Below are positions 1-9,422 of a stretch of DNA of 64,000 bases, one piece after another. The stretch is from the NCBI GenBank assembly GCA_038065495.1, contig JBBTQW010000002.1, forward strand, positions 81,321 to 145,320, in the 5' to 3' direction. The translations under genes and the position numbers were made by a program. The stretch's first letter is position 1. Each line of letters opens with the position of its first letter. The notes beneath the pieces were generated by a model, which was not told the DNA's origin, searched no databases, and was given only the letters and a program-made list of their open reading frames with translations. This DNA comes from Patescibacteria group bacterium. GTDB taxonomy: Bacteria; Patescibacteriota; Minisyncoccia; Phycocordibacterales; JACOZG01.

Positions 1-206
1 CGTTTAATGATTTGCGCAGTACTAACGAATCGCTTCTGTCTGTCAAAACTAACGAAACAATGAAAGTGTTGACTGTTGTCGCTTTTATTTTTCTCCCACT
101 CAACTTAGTCGCACAGATCTATGGCGAGAGCAAGACCACATTTGTGCTCATGATTATCTTGCTAATTACTGGCATCTGGACGGCTAAATCCAAAAAATGG
201 CTCTAA
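1..206 (+). CDS. C-terminal fragment of a CorA-family divalent-cation transporter (5' end lies outside the window); canonical G-M-N loop replaced by G-E-S
   Basis: Frame is open to the window edge. Translation ...VLTVVAFIFLPLNLVAQIYGESK...ILLITGIWTAKSKKWL matches the CorA TM1 / YGMN loop / TM2 / basic KKWL tail architecture. Confidence 0.5.
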   Translation, partial: FNDLRSTNESLLSVKTNETMKVLTVVAFIFLPLNLVAQIYGESKTTFVLMIILLITGIWTAKSKKWL

Positions 207-1306
207 CTCTATTTAACACGCTTACCAAGCAAAAAGAAATTTTCACGCCCAGTTCACCAGAACTGGTGACTATCTACGCCTGTGGTCCCACGCCTTATGA
301 TTACGCCCACATTGGCAATCTTAGAACTTACGTTTTCAACGACACGTTAAGACGCGTTTTAGCTTTCAATAATTATCAGGTTAAGCAAGTGATGAACATT
401 ACCGATGTTGATGACAAGACTATAAAAGCTAGTCAAGCACAAAATATCTCACTGAAAAATTTTACGCAAAAATTTGAAGATTTATTCTGGCTAGATCTCT
501 CAAAATTAAATATTCTCAAGCCAAATATTACACCACACGCAACTGATTATATCCAGCAGATGATCAGCTTAATCGAGACTCTAATAGCCAAAAAAGCGGC
601 CTATACTGCCCCAGATGGGGTCTATTTTGCTCTAGGACAAGCGGAAAAGTACAGGCAGTTATCTGGTCGTCCCAAGCCCGAAACGGCCTCCCAGAGCGAA
701 GATTTCGCTTTATGGAAATTCTGGAAAGAGGAGGATGGCGAGGTGGCTTGGGATGCACCCTTTGGCCGTGGTCGGCCGGGTTGGCATCTAGAATGTTCCG
801 CGATGATTGAGAGCGAGATTGGCGAAACAGTAGATATCCACACTGGCGGCGTTGATCTCATTTTCCCGCATCATGAGAACGAATTAGCGCAGAGCGAAAG
901 TGCTCATGCTGGCGCGCCACTCGCCCGTTATTGGCTCCACGGCGGCTTTGTGAACGTGAGTGATGAGAAAATGAGTAAAAGCTTAAATAATTTTATTACA
1001 CTCAAGAGTTTAGAAGAAAAAAATATCACTCCCCTCGCCTATCGTTACTGGTTACTGCAAGCCAAGTATCGCACGACAGTAAACTTTACTTGGGAAGCTG
1101 TCCAAGCCGCGCAAACTGGTTATGAAAGGTTGATGAAAAAAGTGAAAAGCTTGCCAGAGGGTGATGAAGTAAATCAGGAACTGAAACAGCAATTTCTGGA
1201 CGCAATCAACGATGATTTAAATACAGCAAAAGCGCTGACTATTTTACCTGACAATCAGAAAACTTGGCGCGAGTTTGATAAAGTTTTGGGGTTGGGTTTG
1301 ATTTAA
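197..1306 (+). CDS. cysS: cysteinyl-tRNA synthetase (class I; short form, 369 aa)
   Basis: N-terminus YACGPTPYDYAHIGNLRTYVFNDTLRR (HIGH-type motif) and KMSKSLNN motif; aligns with the CysRS catalytic core. Confidence 0.85.
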   Translation: MALTLFNTLTKQKEIFTPSSPELVTIYACGPTPYDYAHIGNLRTYVFNDTLRRVLAFNNYQVKQVMNITDVDDKTIKASQAQNISLKNFTQKFEDLFWLDLSKLNILKPNITPHATDYIQQMISLIETLIAKKAAYTAPDGVYFALGQAEKYRQLSGRPKPETASQSEDFALWKFWKEEDGEVAWDAPFGRGRPGWHLECSAMIESEIGETVDIHTGGVDLIFPHHENELAQSESAHAGAPLARYWLHGGFVNVSDEKMSKSLNNFITLKSLEEKNITPLAYRYWLLQAKYRTTVNFTWEAVQAAQTGYERLMKKVKSLPEGDEVNQELKQQFLDAINDDLNTAKALTILPDNQKTWREFDKVLGLGLI

Positions 1307-1310
1307 GAAA

Positions 1311-1352
1311 GAAAAAGCCCCGCACCTGCCAAGTAAGCAGGTCGGGGCTTTA
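1311..1352. terminator. bidirectional intrinsic terminator between convergent cysS and pyrH
   Basis: Inverted repeat gccccgcacctgc ... gcaggtcggggc, flanked by an A-run on one side and TTT on the other. Confidence 0.6.
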
Positions 1353-1379
1353 GTTTGAAACCAACAAGACGAGAAACGA

Positions 1380-2150
1380 TTACACACAGGTGTGGACACG
1401 AAGTTCGCCAACAGGATCAGTGTGGATGATCGTACCGATTTCTCCATGCCAGGCCAGAGCCAGAGCATTGACATCATACCCTTGATCACAAACTCTGATA
1501 TCAATCGCCCGGCGTAAGCACAGCTCCACGGCACCCAGATCCATCACCCCCAGCCCCCTTTCGATCATCTCCGCGTGGGAGAGACTGGGAAAAAACTCCG
1601 GCATTGATCGATCCGTAGTCACCTGGGGTTTCTTGGGATCAGAGCTAAAAACTCCTCTCACGTTGGTGGCCTTGATGAGGAGATCAGCATCAATGTCGAC
1701 GGCCAGTTGAGCCGCAGCTGTGTCGGTGCTAACCCCTCCGACACCGGTCCCACCACCAAGAATGGCGATAGAGTACCCAGGCGACTGAGTGACCCACAGA
1801 TCCAATAGGCTTTGGTAATTGAGAACCAGCGCACTTGTGGCCTCAAAGCGAGAGAAAACTAAGGCTTCTCTGCCTTGTTCTTTCAAAGAGTCAGCCAACA
1901 CTTTAGCGTTGGCCAAACTCCCCATCATACCGGCGATGTCGGCCACTTCTTGGCTAATGCCAATATCTTTGGCCTCTCGGCCGCGGATAAAGTTACCGCC
2001 ACCGATTACCACCGCAATTCTCATTCCTCTCTCAACATTACAAAGCCTGGAGATCTGCAAGACCAGACTGCCGATCTTGCTGCGATCCAATGGTCTCACA
2101 CCACTGCCCATAGCCTCACCAGAGACTTTCACTACAACGTGCTTGCTCAT
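1380..2150 (-). CDS. pyrH: uridylate (UMP) kinase
   Basis: MSKHVVVKVSGEAM..., GGGNFIRG motif. Start placed at the internal ATG, which has an AAAGGAG RBS 7 nt upstream; the longer ORF-track start is probably spurious. Confidence 0.85.
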   Translation of the reverse strand: MSKHVVVKVSGEAMGSGVRPLDRSKIGSLVLQISRLCNVERGMRIAVVIGGGNFIRGREAKDIGISQEVADIAGMMGSLANAKVLADSLKEQGREALVFSRFEATSALVLNYQSLLDLWVTQSPGYSIAILGGGTGVGGVSTDTAAAQLAVDIDADLLIKATNVRGVFSSDPKKPQVTTDRSMPEFFPSLSHAEMIERGLGVMDLGAVELCLRRAIDIRVCDQGYDVNALALAWHGEIGTIIHTDPVGELRVHTCV

Positions 2151-2298
2151 CTGCTTAACTCCTTTCCGAGTCAAAAAGGTTACAAAATTGCCAAAGAACG
2201 AGCCTCCAAAAGATAACCCTAGCATATCCCCAACTTATTCCCAAATTGGCCGGGGAACCGCTTGTGCTAGATTTTTCCCATAATGCTAGAATAGCCAC

Positions 2299-3660
2299 AT
2301 GGCTGTAACTACCAAATCTTGGACGCAGACCGGTGTGCGCTTGCCGCCGCAGGATCTCTTTGCCGAACAAGCCGTGCTGGGCTCACTAATGCTCAAGCCG
2401 GATGGCCTGCACGAGATTGATGGCTTACTCGAGCCGATGGACTTTTATGCAGAAAAACACAGACGGATTTATCGCGTGATGTGGGAACTGGGAGAGAAGC
2501 ACGAACCGATTGATCTGGTCTCGGTGACCAGCGCGCTCAAGACTAATAAAGACTTAGAACAAATCGGCGGCTCTAATTATCTCACCGAATTGGCCAGCGC
2601 TGTGCCCTCGGCCGCGAACATTAAATATTATGCGGAAATAATTAAGCAGAAGTCAGCGCGCAGAAAGCTGATTAACTCGGCTGAACAGATTACGGAATTG
2701 GGTTATGACGAACACGAAGAATTAGACAACGTCTTTGACCGCGCGCAACATGCTATTTTAAACATCGGGCACTTCTCCAAGAAAGCGTTTGTACATCTTA
2801 AGGATACATTGAGCGAAGCTTGGGAACGCTTTGATAAACTGCAAAAATCTGATGGCGAAATGCGCGGCGTGCCAACTGGCTTCCGCGATTTGGATAATAA
2901 ACTCTCTGGCTTGCAGAACTCTGATCTGATTATCTTGGCGGCGCGGCCATCGATTGGTAAAACATCGCTGGCGCTGGATATTGCACGCAACGCGGCCTGC
3001 TTGCACGGTAAATCGGTTGGCATCTTCTCACTCGAAATGAGCTCGCAACAGTTAGTCGACAGAATGCTCGCGGCGGAGAGTCGTGTAGACTCGTGGCAAT
3101 TGCGCACTGGTAAAATTAAACATGATGATGACTTTACTAGATTAAGAGATGCAATAGACAGACTAGCCACAGCGAAAATTTTTATTGACGACGAAGCTTC
3201 TAATAACATTAGCAAAATGAAATCCGTGGCAAGAAAGCTCAAGGCCGAGAAAGGTCTAGACTTGATTGTGGTAGATTATCTCCAACTGATGATCCCGCGG
3301 AAAGATAGTGACTCGCTGGTGCAACAAGTCACCGAAATTTCCCGCTCGCTCAAGGGCCTGGCCCGCGAACTAGAAGTGCCGGTGCTGGCGCTCTCACAGC
3401 TTAATCGTAATGTGGAACAGCGCGGCGGCAAGCCAAAATTGTCTGACTTGCGTGATTCCGGCTCGATTGAGCAAGACGCCGACGTGGTGATGTTTATCCA
3501 TCGTGAGGATAAGATGAACGAAAATTCGGAGAAGAAAAATATCGCGGACATTATTATCGCCAAGCATCGCAATGGCCCAACGGGTGAGATCCAGCTCTAC
3601 TTCGACGATGCGCGTGTGAGCTTCCACACTTTAGAAAAGACCGACTTTGGTGGCTTCTAA
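2299..3660 (+). CDS. dnaB: replicative DNA helicase DnaB
   Basis: DnaB N-terminal domain (LPPQDLFAEQAVLGSLML), Walker A ARPSIGKTS, RecA-like C-terminal domain. Confidence 0.9.
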   Translation: MAVTTKSWTQTGVRLPPQDLFAEQAVLGSLMLKPDGLHEIDGLLEPMDFYAEKHRRIYRVMWELGEKHEPIDLVSVTSALKTNKDLEQIGGSNYLTELASAVPSAANIKYYAEIIKQKSARRKLINSAEQITELGYDEHEELDNVFDRAQHAILNIGHFSKKAFVHLKDTLSEAWERFDKLQKSDGEMRGVPTGFRDLDNKLSGLQNSDLIILAARPSIGKTSLALDIARNAACLHGKSVGIFSLEMSSQQLVDRMLAAESRVDSWQLRTGKIKHDDDFTRLRDAIDRLATAKIFIDDEASNNISKMKSVARKLKAEKGLDLIVVDYLQLMIPRKDSDSLVQQVTEISRSLKGLARELEVPVLALSQLNRNVEQRGGKPKLSDLRDSGSIEQDADVVMFIHREDKMNENSEKKNIADIIIAKHRNGPTGEIQLYFDDARVSFHTLEKTDFGGF

Positions 3661-3666
3661 AAAAAC

Positions 3667-4299
3667 ATGCCAGACAACTTGATGCAAGAATTGACTGATA
3701 GCTTCCAACGCTTCCCCGGGATCGGCCCACGGCAAGCTAAGCGTTTTGTTTATTATCTGCTCCACGCCTCCAACGGCACAGCCAACAGATTATTAGAACA
3801 AATTGCCAAACTGCGCCAAGGCGCGGCGCGCTGTAGCGAGTGTCAGAGATTCTATTTTTTAACTAATAACAAAACTAGTCAGATAATTTGTGACATTTGT
3901 CGTGACGAAAATCGTGATGCTAATTTGCTGATGCTAGTCGAAAAAGATATAGATTTAGAAAATGTGCTGAAAACTGGCACATATAATGGCCAGTTTTTTG
4001 TGCTTAGCGGTTTAATCAAAATCTTAGACAAACAACCGGTGGAAAGTATCAACGGTTTAGAACTATTAAACCGAGTGAGAAAATTAGCACCAAATAGCGA
4101 GATAATCGCGGCTTTATCAGCGAATCAAGAAGGCGACCACACAGTTGATTTTCTCAAAAAATATCTAGAAGAAATAATAGCCAGAAATCAGCTCAAGTTC
4201 AGCACTCTTGGCCGTGGTCTCTCCACCGGTGTGGAAGTGGAATATTCTGATGCCGACACGCTCAAGAATGCGCTCAAGAATCGTGAGGCAAGAAGTTAG
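3667..4299 (+). CDS. recR: recombination protein RecR
   Basis: FPGIGPRQAKRFVYYLL HhH motif, C4 zinc finger (CSECQRF...CDICRD), Toprim-like C-terminal domain. Confidence 0.85.
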   Translation: MPDNLMQELTDSFQRFPGIGPRQAKRFVYYLLHASNGTANRLLEQIAKLRQGAARCSECQRFYFLTNNKTSQIICDICRDENRDANLLMLVEKDIDLENVLKTGTYNGQFFVLSGLIKILDKQPVESINGLELLNRVRKLAPNSEIIAALSANQEGDHTVDFLKKYLEEIIARNQLKFSTLGRGLSTGVEVEYSDADTLKNALKNREARS

Positions 4300-4304
4300 T
4301 ATTT

Positions 4305-4634
4305 TTATTTAATACTCAAGATTTCTACTTCCGTGTAAGGCTGCCGGTGTCCCCTTTTCACACGATAACGAGTTTTGTTCTTGTACTTAAAGACGAGCAA
4401 TTTGTCGTGACGATCATCAGCCACGCGCTTGGCGGTCACCTTAACGCCGGCAAGAGCTGGCGTGCCGAGCTTGGTCTCTTTACCATCGCTAGTGAGCAAA
4501 ACCTCGTCGAAAATAACCTCGCTACCCTCTGACTTAACATCAGTTTTAGCCAGTTTTTCCACCTTCAGCTTATCGCCCGGAGCGACCAAATACTGCTTGC
4601 CGCCGGTCTTGATTACCGCAAATTTCATAGTCAT
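4305..4634 (-). CDS. rplU: 50S ribosomal protein L21
   Basis: MKFAVIKTGGKQYLVAPGDKLKVEKL is the typical L21 N-terminus. The true start may be the third codon (ATG at 4628). Confidence 0.85.
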   Translation of the reverse strand: MTMKFAVIKTGGKQYLVAPGDKLKVEKLAKTDVKSEGSEVIFDEVLLTSDGKETKLGTPALAGVKVTAKRVADDRHDKLLVFKYKNKTRYRVKRGHRQPYTEVEILSIK

Positions 4635-4691
4635 AGTGGGGATAGTTTAGCAGATTTGACTTTGGCCGTCAATATAATAAGCTAAAGGTTC

Positions 4692-5765
4692 ATGATCATC
4701 AAAGTTTACAATAAAAAGTTCGAAACTTGGGCTTATCTGGTGATAGATAGTTTAAAATTAGGTCCAGGCAAGGGCGGCATCCGCATGACGCCAAGCGTGA
4801 CCGAAGAAGAAGTCTCGCGTCTCGCCCGGGCGATGACGCTTAAGAACGCGCTGGCTAATATCCCCTTTGGTGGTGCTAAGTCTGGTATCACTTTTGATCC
4901 AAAAATTCACACCAGCAAAGAAAAAAAAGAAATTGTGGAATGGTTCGCGCAAGAACTAAAACCCCTACTCGTTCACAGTTACATCGCCGGACCGGACATC
5001 AACATGACGGAAAAGGAGATGCAATGGTTTGTGGAAGCAGTAAAGAATAACCGCGCGGCAACAGGTAAGCCGAAAAAATTAGGTGGTTTACCGCACGAGC
5101 TGGGCAGTACTGGCTACGGCGTGGCCCAAGCGGCTAAACTAGCACTAGAGTTTAAAAAAATCCCGATCAAGCAAGCTAGCATTGCAATCGAAGGTTATGG
5201 CAATGTGGGTGTTTTTGCTCATCAATTCCTGCAAGAGATGGGCGCGAAGGTGGTCGCCGTATCTGACTCACGTGGCGCAATTTATCTCGAAACTGGTTTG
5301 GATTATAAAAAGTTAGTGAAAATTAAAAAGCAAACTGGTTCTGTCGTTAATTACGCTAATCTTGATAAAAATAGCAGAAAGTTAAGCAATTCAGCCATCT
5401 TTACTCTACCGGTGAGCGTGTTGATTCCGGCGGCCTTGCCAGACGTGATTAATGCCAAAAATATTGACGAAGTAAAAGCAAAAATAATTGTGGAAGGCGC
5501 CAATATCCCAATGCGCGAAGAATTTGAGAAAATTCTGCATCAGCGCGGCGTGCTAATTATCCCCGATATTATTGCGAACGCCGGTGGCGTGATCTCCTCT
5601 TATGCCGAACACAAAAACTTTACGGCAGAAAAAATGTTCAAATTAGTAGCAGAAAAAATTTCTGCCAGCACTCGCGCGCTCTTGCGAGCACTAGCTAAAT
5701 CTAAGAAAACGCCACGCGAGATTGCTTGGCAATTAGCAGAGAAAAAGCTAGGCTCCAAACTCTAA
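4692..5765 (+). CDS. Glu/Leu/Phe/Val dehydrogenase-family protein (leucine/valine dehydrogenase-like)
   Basis: LGPGKGGIRMTPSVTEEEVSRLARAMTLKNA...GGAKSGI matches the LeuDH/PheDH catalytic lysine region; Rossmann motif GYGNVG. Confidence 0.7.
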   Translation: MIIKVYNKKFETWAYLVIDSLKLGPGKGGIRMTPSVTEEEVSRLARAMTLKNALANIPFGGAKSGITFDPKIHTSKEKKEIVEWFAQELKPLLVHSYIAGPDINMTEKEMQWFVEAVKNNRAATGKPKKLGGLPHELGSTGYGVAQAAKLALEFKKIPIKQASIAIEGYGNVGVFAHQFLQEMGAKVVAVSDSRGAIYLETGLDYKKLVKIKKQTGSVVNYANLDKNSRKLSNSAIFTLPVSVLIPAALPDVINAKNIDEVKAKIIVEGANIPMREEFEKILHQRGVLIIPDIIANAGGVISSYAEHKNFTAEKMFKLVAEKISASTRALLRALAKSKKTPREIAWQLAEKKLGSKL

Positions 5766-6073
5766 TCCCCGCCCGCCAACCGCTGTTGCATTGCCTCCAG
5801 CGCGCCGAGAGCTGTCTTGCCGGTGCGCTTTTCTTGTTCTAGAAGTTCTTGTTTTACCCGCTCACCACCCCGATTGTAACCACCCGTTCGGCCAGCAGAA
5901 CGCACTACCCTGTGGCACGGGATATGTGGATCGTGATTACGCGCCATAATGCGCCCCACCGCACGCCAAGCCCGTGGTGAGCCAGCTGCCTCCGCCACTT
6001 CGCGATAATTCATTACTTTGCCAGGCTTGATCGCCTTAACGACTTGATGCACTTTTCTGACAAATTCACTCAT
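5762..6073 (-). CDS. methylated-DNA-protein-cysteine methyltransferase DNA-binding domain protein (Ogt C-domain only, 103 aa)
   Basis: Active-site motif PCHRVV and winged-helix context (YREVAEAAGSPRAWRAVG). Confidence 0.75.
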   Translation of the reverse strand: MSEFVRKVHQVVKAIKPGKVMNYREVAEAAGSPRAWRAVGRIMARNHDPHIPCHRVVRSAGRTGGYNRGGERVKQELLEQEKRTGKTALGALEAMQQRLAGGD

Positions 6074-7115
6074 TTTCCAAATCTGGCTTGTCTAAAACTA
6101 ATGTCTCCATGCTGGAAGTCTCGCCCGTCACCCGTGCCACATCTTTATCAATCTTTTTCAGCTCTTTATACGCCGAATTATAGTGACTAACCGTTGTCCC
6201 CAAGCTTGTGCCAAGTTTGCCGAAATATTGCTCATAAGCCGCGATGTGCTTGCCCAAGTCTTCCACTCTGTCCCGAATCACCTTCGCTGATTCTTCTATT
6301 TGCAACGCCTTCAAGCCCTGCAGAACTGTCTGCAAGTAAGCCAAGAAAGATGTGGGCGAGACAATAATCACGTGTTTATCTTTGAATGCATACTCAATTA
6401 GATCTCTAGTATTTATTTTCACCGAACCAACTTGCGCGACTAATAAGTCATAATAAATCGCCTCGTGGGGAATAAACATGAAGGCGAAGTCCATCGTGCC
6501 CTCGCTCGGTTTGACATATTTACTCGTCTCATCAATTCTGTTCTTCAAATCAGACTTAAATAATTTCTCTAGGCGCTCCCGCTCCACCGGATCGCGTTCT
6601 TCGGCTAGTCTATTATAATTCTCGAGCGAAAATTTTGAGTCAATGGGAATAATTTTCTCTTTTACAAAAACCACCGCATCCACAATCGTGCCGTCTTTGA
6701 ACGGATATTGCATCTGGTAAGAACCAGTTGGTAAAACATTTTTCAGCAAAGTTTCGAGATAATATTCGCCAAGAATACCGCGCTGTTTGGGATTTTTCAA
6801 AATATCTTGCAAGCTCTGGAGTTGATCCGCGAAATTTTCCACGCGCTTCTGGCCTTCACCCACCTTCACCAGCTCGCTCGTGATATCGCGAATCATTTTA
6901 TTAGACTCGCTAGACTGACTCTGGAGCGAAGTGTGGAGAAACTTGCTCGACTCGGTGAGCTTGCTATCCAGCACGCGCGTGAGCTCATTGAGCTGATTCT
7001 GGAGCAAGATTAGCGCTTGATTATCCCCCGCCGGCTTCGGCTTATTCTGCGCCAAGAACCAAGCGATTCCGCCACCCACGAGCAAAGCAATAATTACATA
7101 CAAAATTGTCGCCAT
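6066..7115 (-). CDS. rmuC: DNA recombination protein RmuC
   Basis: N-terminal TM helix and coiled-coil region; C-terminal block GILGEYYLETLLKNVLP...QMQY...DAVVF...IPIDSKF aligns with the RmuC family. Confidence 0.6.
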   Translation of the reverse strand: MATILYVIIALLVGGGIAWFLAQNKPKPAGDNQALILLQNQLNELTRVLDSKLTESSKFLHTSLQSQSSESNKMIRDITSELVKVGEGQKRVENFADQLQSLQDILKNPKQRGILGEYYLETLLKNVLPTGSYQMQYPFKDGTIVDAVVFVKEKIIPIDSKFSLENYNRLAEERDPVERERLEKLFKSDLKNRIDETSKYVKPSEGTMDFAFMFIPHEAIYYDLLVAQVGSVKINTRDLIEYAFKDKHVIIVSPTSFLAYLQTVLQGLKALQIEESAKVIRDRVEDLGKHIAAYEQYFGKLGTSLGTTVSHYNSAYKELKKIDKDVARVTGETSSMETLVLDKPDLENE

Positions 7116-7170
7116 ATTTCGCTAGTTTAGCATGAATCCCGCTTTGGCGGGAAGATTTTTCAGGCAAAGA

Positions 7171-7204
7171 AAAAGCCCCGCACCGATTGGATCGGATTGG
7201 GGCC
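7171..7204 (-). terminator. intrinsic terminator downstream of the 7227..7808 gene
   Basis: On the minus strand: hairpin gccccaatccgat/atcggtgcggggc (with an internal loop) followed by TTTTT. Confidence 0.5.
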
Positions 7205-7226
7205 CTGAAGTCACAAAGTAGACTGC

Positions 7227-7808
7227 CTACTCGACTTTGGGAGAACTTTTTTGGAGTTTTTTCTTAACGTCTTGCCTGATCCGTTCTTCTTCCTTATTGA
7301 CAAACTCCTCCAAAGAGAATGCCACCGGAAGCTTGTAGATGGTGATACGCGTCTCCAACAAGGGCTTGCGGACGGAAACTACATATCTTAGGCTGGACAG
7401 TTGCTGTTGCGATGCTAAACACAGCAGGGCTTGTTCGACCGTCTCTCCGCCTGTCCACTCTCTGAACCAACTTGATGGTCGGAAAAGAGAAAAGTTTACG
7501 CGCTCAAGTATGCTTGGTAATAACTTGCGGAGAATAAACCCATCTTTACCAATGCAGAAAAACTGTTGTGAACCATAAGAAGAGGGAGCGTACGCCATAT
7601 ACTCAAGATCAAAGTTAATATACCCTGTCGAGCGCAGGACATCGAGGTCTAACCGTTCTACCCTGATCTTAAGGTACTTGAGATCCTTTGGATTGATCTC
7701 CCCCAGCCATTTTCGCAAAAATGGAAACTCCGCGATGTATTCTTCGTTTGCAACTTGTAAAGGACTCTTCGACATTTGAAGCTCCTTGTGGCACCGCCAC
7801 ATTTTCAA
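7227..7808 (-). CDS. hypothetical protein (about 180-193 aa, no recognisable domain)
   Basis: Long ORF between rmuC and obg with its own downstream terminator. The start may be the internal MSKSPLQ methionine. Confidence 0.45.
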   Translation of the reverse strand: MKMWRCHKELQMSKSPLQVANEEYIAEFPFLRKWLGEINPKDLKYLKIRVERLDLDVLRSTGYINFDLEYMAYAPSSYGSQQFFCIGKDGFILRKLLPSILERVNFSLFRPSSWFREWTGGETVEQALLCLASQQQLSSLRYVVSVRKPLLETRITIYKLPVAFSLEEFVNKEEERIRQDVKKKLQKSSPKVE

Positions 7809-7922
7809 GATAAAGCACCGCCTTACCTTGGGGAACTATCCACGAGTAATACCCGCGGATTCTCGCCCAAAAACACATCGTTTTCAGGTCTAAACTAAGC
7901 CTAGCATACTAACTATCTTGTG

Positions 7923-8891
7923 TCAAGCCCCCTTCTCTTTTCCTATTTTATTCAAAACTTTCTTCACTTGTTCTAGACTATCCAGATCAAAAACGGAAAT
8001 CGCCATCGCTTTGACTTTCAACTTCGCTAATTTGGCGAGTTTAGCTTTCACTTCAGTTTTCTCTAATAAATCAGTTTTATTTAAAAATACATGCTCCTGC
8101 TTTTTTATTAATTCCGGATTATATTGTTTTAATTCTTGTCTAATTATTTTATAATCCCGCGCCACGTCATCAGATTCGCCAGAAATAATGTGGAAAATCG
8201 TTTTCGTGCGTTCAATGTGTCGCAAAAACTTAATGCCCAATCCCCGACCCTCGCTCGCGCCCTCAATCAAGCCCGGCAAGTCAGCGAGAATCAAACCGTA
8301 ATAAGCGCCCAAGTGCGGCTCGAGCGTAGTGAACTGATAATTTGCAATTTTGCTCTTCGCATTTGTTAATTCATTAAGCAAACTCGATTTGCCAGCATTC
8401 GGTAAACCAACTAGGCCAATGTCAGCGATTAGTTTTAATTCTAATCTTAGTTCAAATTCCTCGCCCGGCAAACCAGGCTGGAACTGTTTCGGCGAAGTAT
8501 TGATAGAAGAACGGAAGAGAAAGTTCCCCTTCCCACCCAAGCCACCCTTCGCTACCAAGACTTTCTCACCAATCTTGACCAACTCTTGGTCGAAGCCGGT
8601 CGTAAGATTGTGGATCACCGTGCCCACCGGCATCTTGAGCAGAATATCCTTGCCCGTGTGGCCATCGCGATATTGTCTCTGCCCGTTCTCGCCGTTCTCG
8701 GCCTTCTTCTGCTTCTCGAAGCGGAACTGCGCCAATGCACCGATATCGCTAACCGCCTCGGCAAACACGCTCCCGCCCAAGCCGCCACTACCACCAGTCG
8801 GTCCTAGCGCCAGCTTATTGCGTTCAAAAGCGACCGAGCCACGCCCGCCGTGTCCGCCGGCTACTCTAATCTTGATATCGTCAACTAACAT
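7923..8891 (-). CDS. obg: GTPase Obg/CgtA (short form, 322 aa)
   Basis: Gly-rich Obg fold (GGHGGRGSVAFERNK...GGSGGLGGSV) and G domain (GLPNAGKSSLLN, DLPGLIEGASEGRGLG). Confidence 0.85.
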   Translation of the reverse strand: MLVDDIKIRVAGGHGGRGSVAFERNKLALGPTGGSGGLGGSVFAEAVSDIGALAQFRFEKQKKAENGENGQRQYRDGHTGKDILLKMPVGTVIHNLTTGFDQELVKIGEKVLVAKGGLGGKGNFLFRSSINTSPKQFQPGLPGEEFELRLELKLIADIGLVGLPNAGKSSLLNELTNAKSKIANYQFTTLEPHLGAYYGLILADLPGLIEGASEGRGLGIKFLRHIERTKTIFHIISGESDDVARDYKIIRQELKQYNPELIKKQEHVFLNKTDLLEKTEVKAKLAKLAKLKVKAMAISVFDLDSLEQVKKVLNKIGKEKGA

Positions 8892-9002
8892 TGTAACCAG
8901 AGCATACTGGAAGTGGTGCTGTAAGTAAACAGGCCCTTCTTCGTCTAAACTAGAGTATGTTCAGAACAATTAAGAAATTATTATTAATCTTTAGTCACAA
9001 CT

Positions 9003-9155
9003 ATGCTCACGAATATCGCCATCGTTTTAGTAGTTCTCTGGGTGCTCGGTTTCTTTGGTTTCCATATTATCGGTTGGTTTATTCACCTCTTACTAGTCGT
9101 CGCGATTATCCTCTTTCTGCTCCGTATCATTAGAGGCGAGAATCCGTTGAAGTAG
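9003..9155 (+). CDS. lmo0937-family small membrane protein (50 aa)
   Basis: Not in the ORF track (under 60 aa). ATG..TAG ORF translating to MLTNIAIVLVVLWVLGFFGFHIIGWFIHLLLVVAIILFLLRIIRGENPLK, the typical two-TM pattern of this family. Confidence 0.5.
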   Translation: MLTNIAIVLVVLWVLGFFGFHIIGWFIHLLLVVAIILFLLRIIRGENPLK

Positions 9156-9208
9156 ATAGAAAAAAAATAGATTTTGTCATTTTAACCCAAAAATGATAGA
9201 ATGCCTGT

Positions 9209-9418
9209 ATGAATTTTGAAGAATTTTTACAAAAAGTAGCCCCAAAAGTTGGTCCTAATGGGGCATTTAGTCTAGCTAGGGACGCGCGTATAACCGCTTT
9301 GGAAAAAATATTAAGTAGTAAACTAAATATCCAAAAAGAAGAAATTGATAAGTCTGTGGACGAAGAATTAGAGAAGTTAGCTACAAATATTCTTAAAATG
9401 CCGCCACTGCCTAATTAG
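9209..9418 (+). CDS. hypothetical protein (69 aa), AT-rich
   Basis: ORF in an AT-rich segment next to tRNA-Glu; no recognisable motif. Confidence 0.35.
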   Translation: MNFEEFLQKVAPKVGPNGAFSLARDARITALEKILSSKLNIQKEEIDKSVDEELEKLATNILKMPPLPN

Positions 9419-9422
9419 AATC

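Noticed and set aside
1311-7204. Shared 16-mer gaaaaagccccgcacc at the start of two terminator hairpins (1311 and 7171), with a looser third relative at 24311
   Set aside because: It is probably convergent terminator design (A-run plus a GC-rich stem) rather than a dispersed repeat element. Only the first half of each hairpin is shared.
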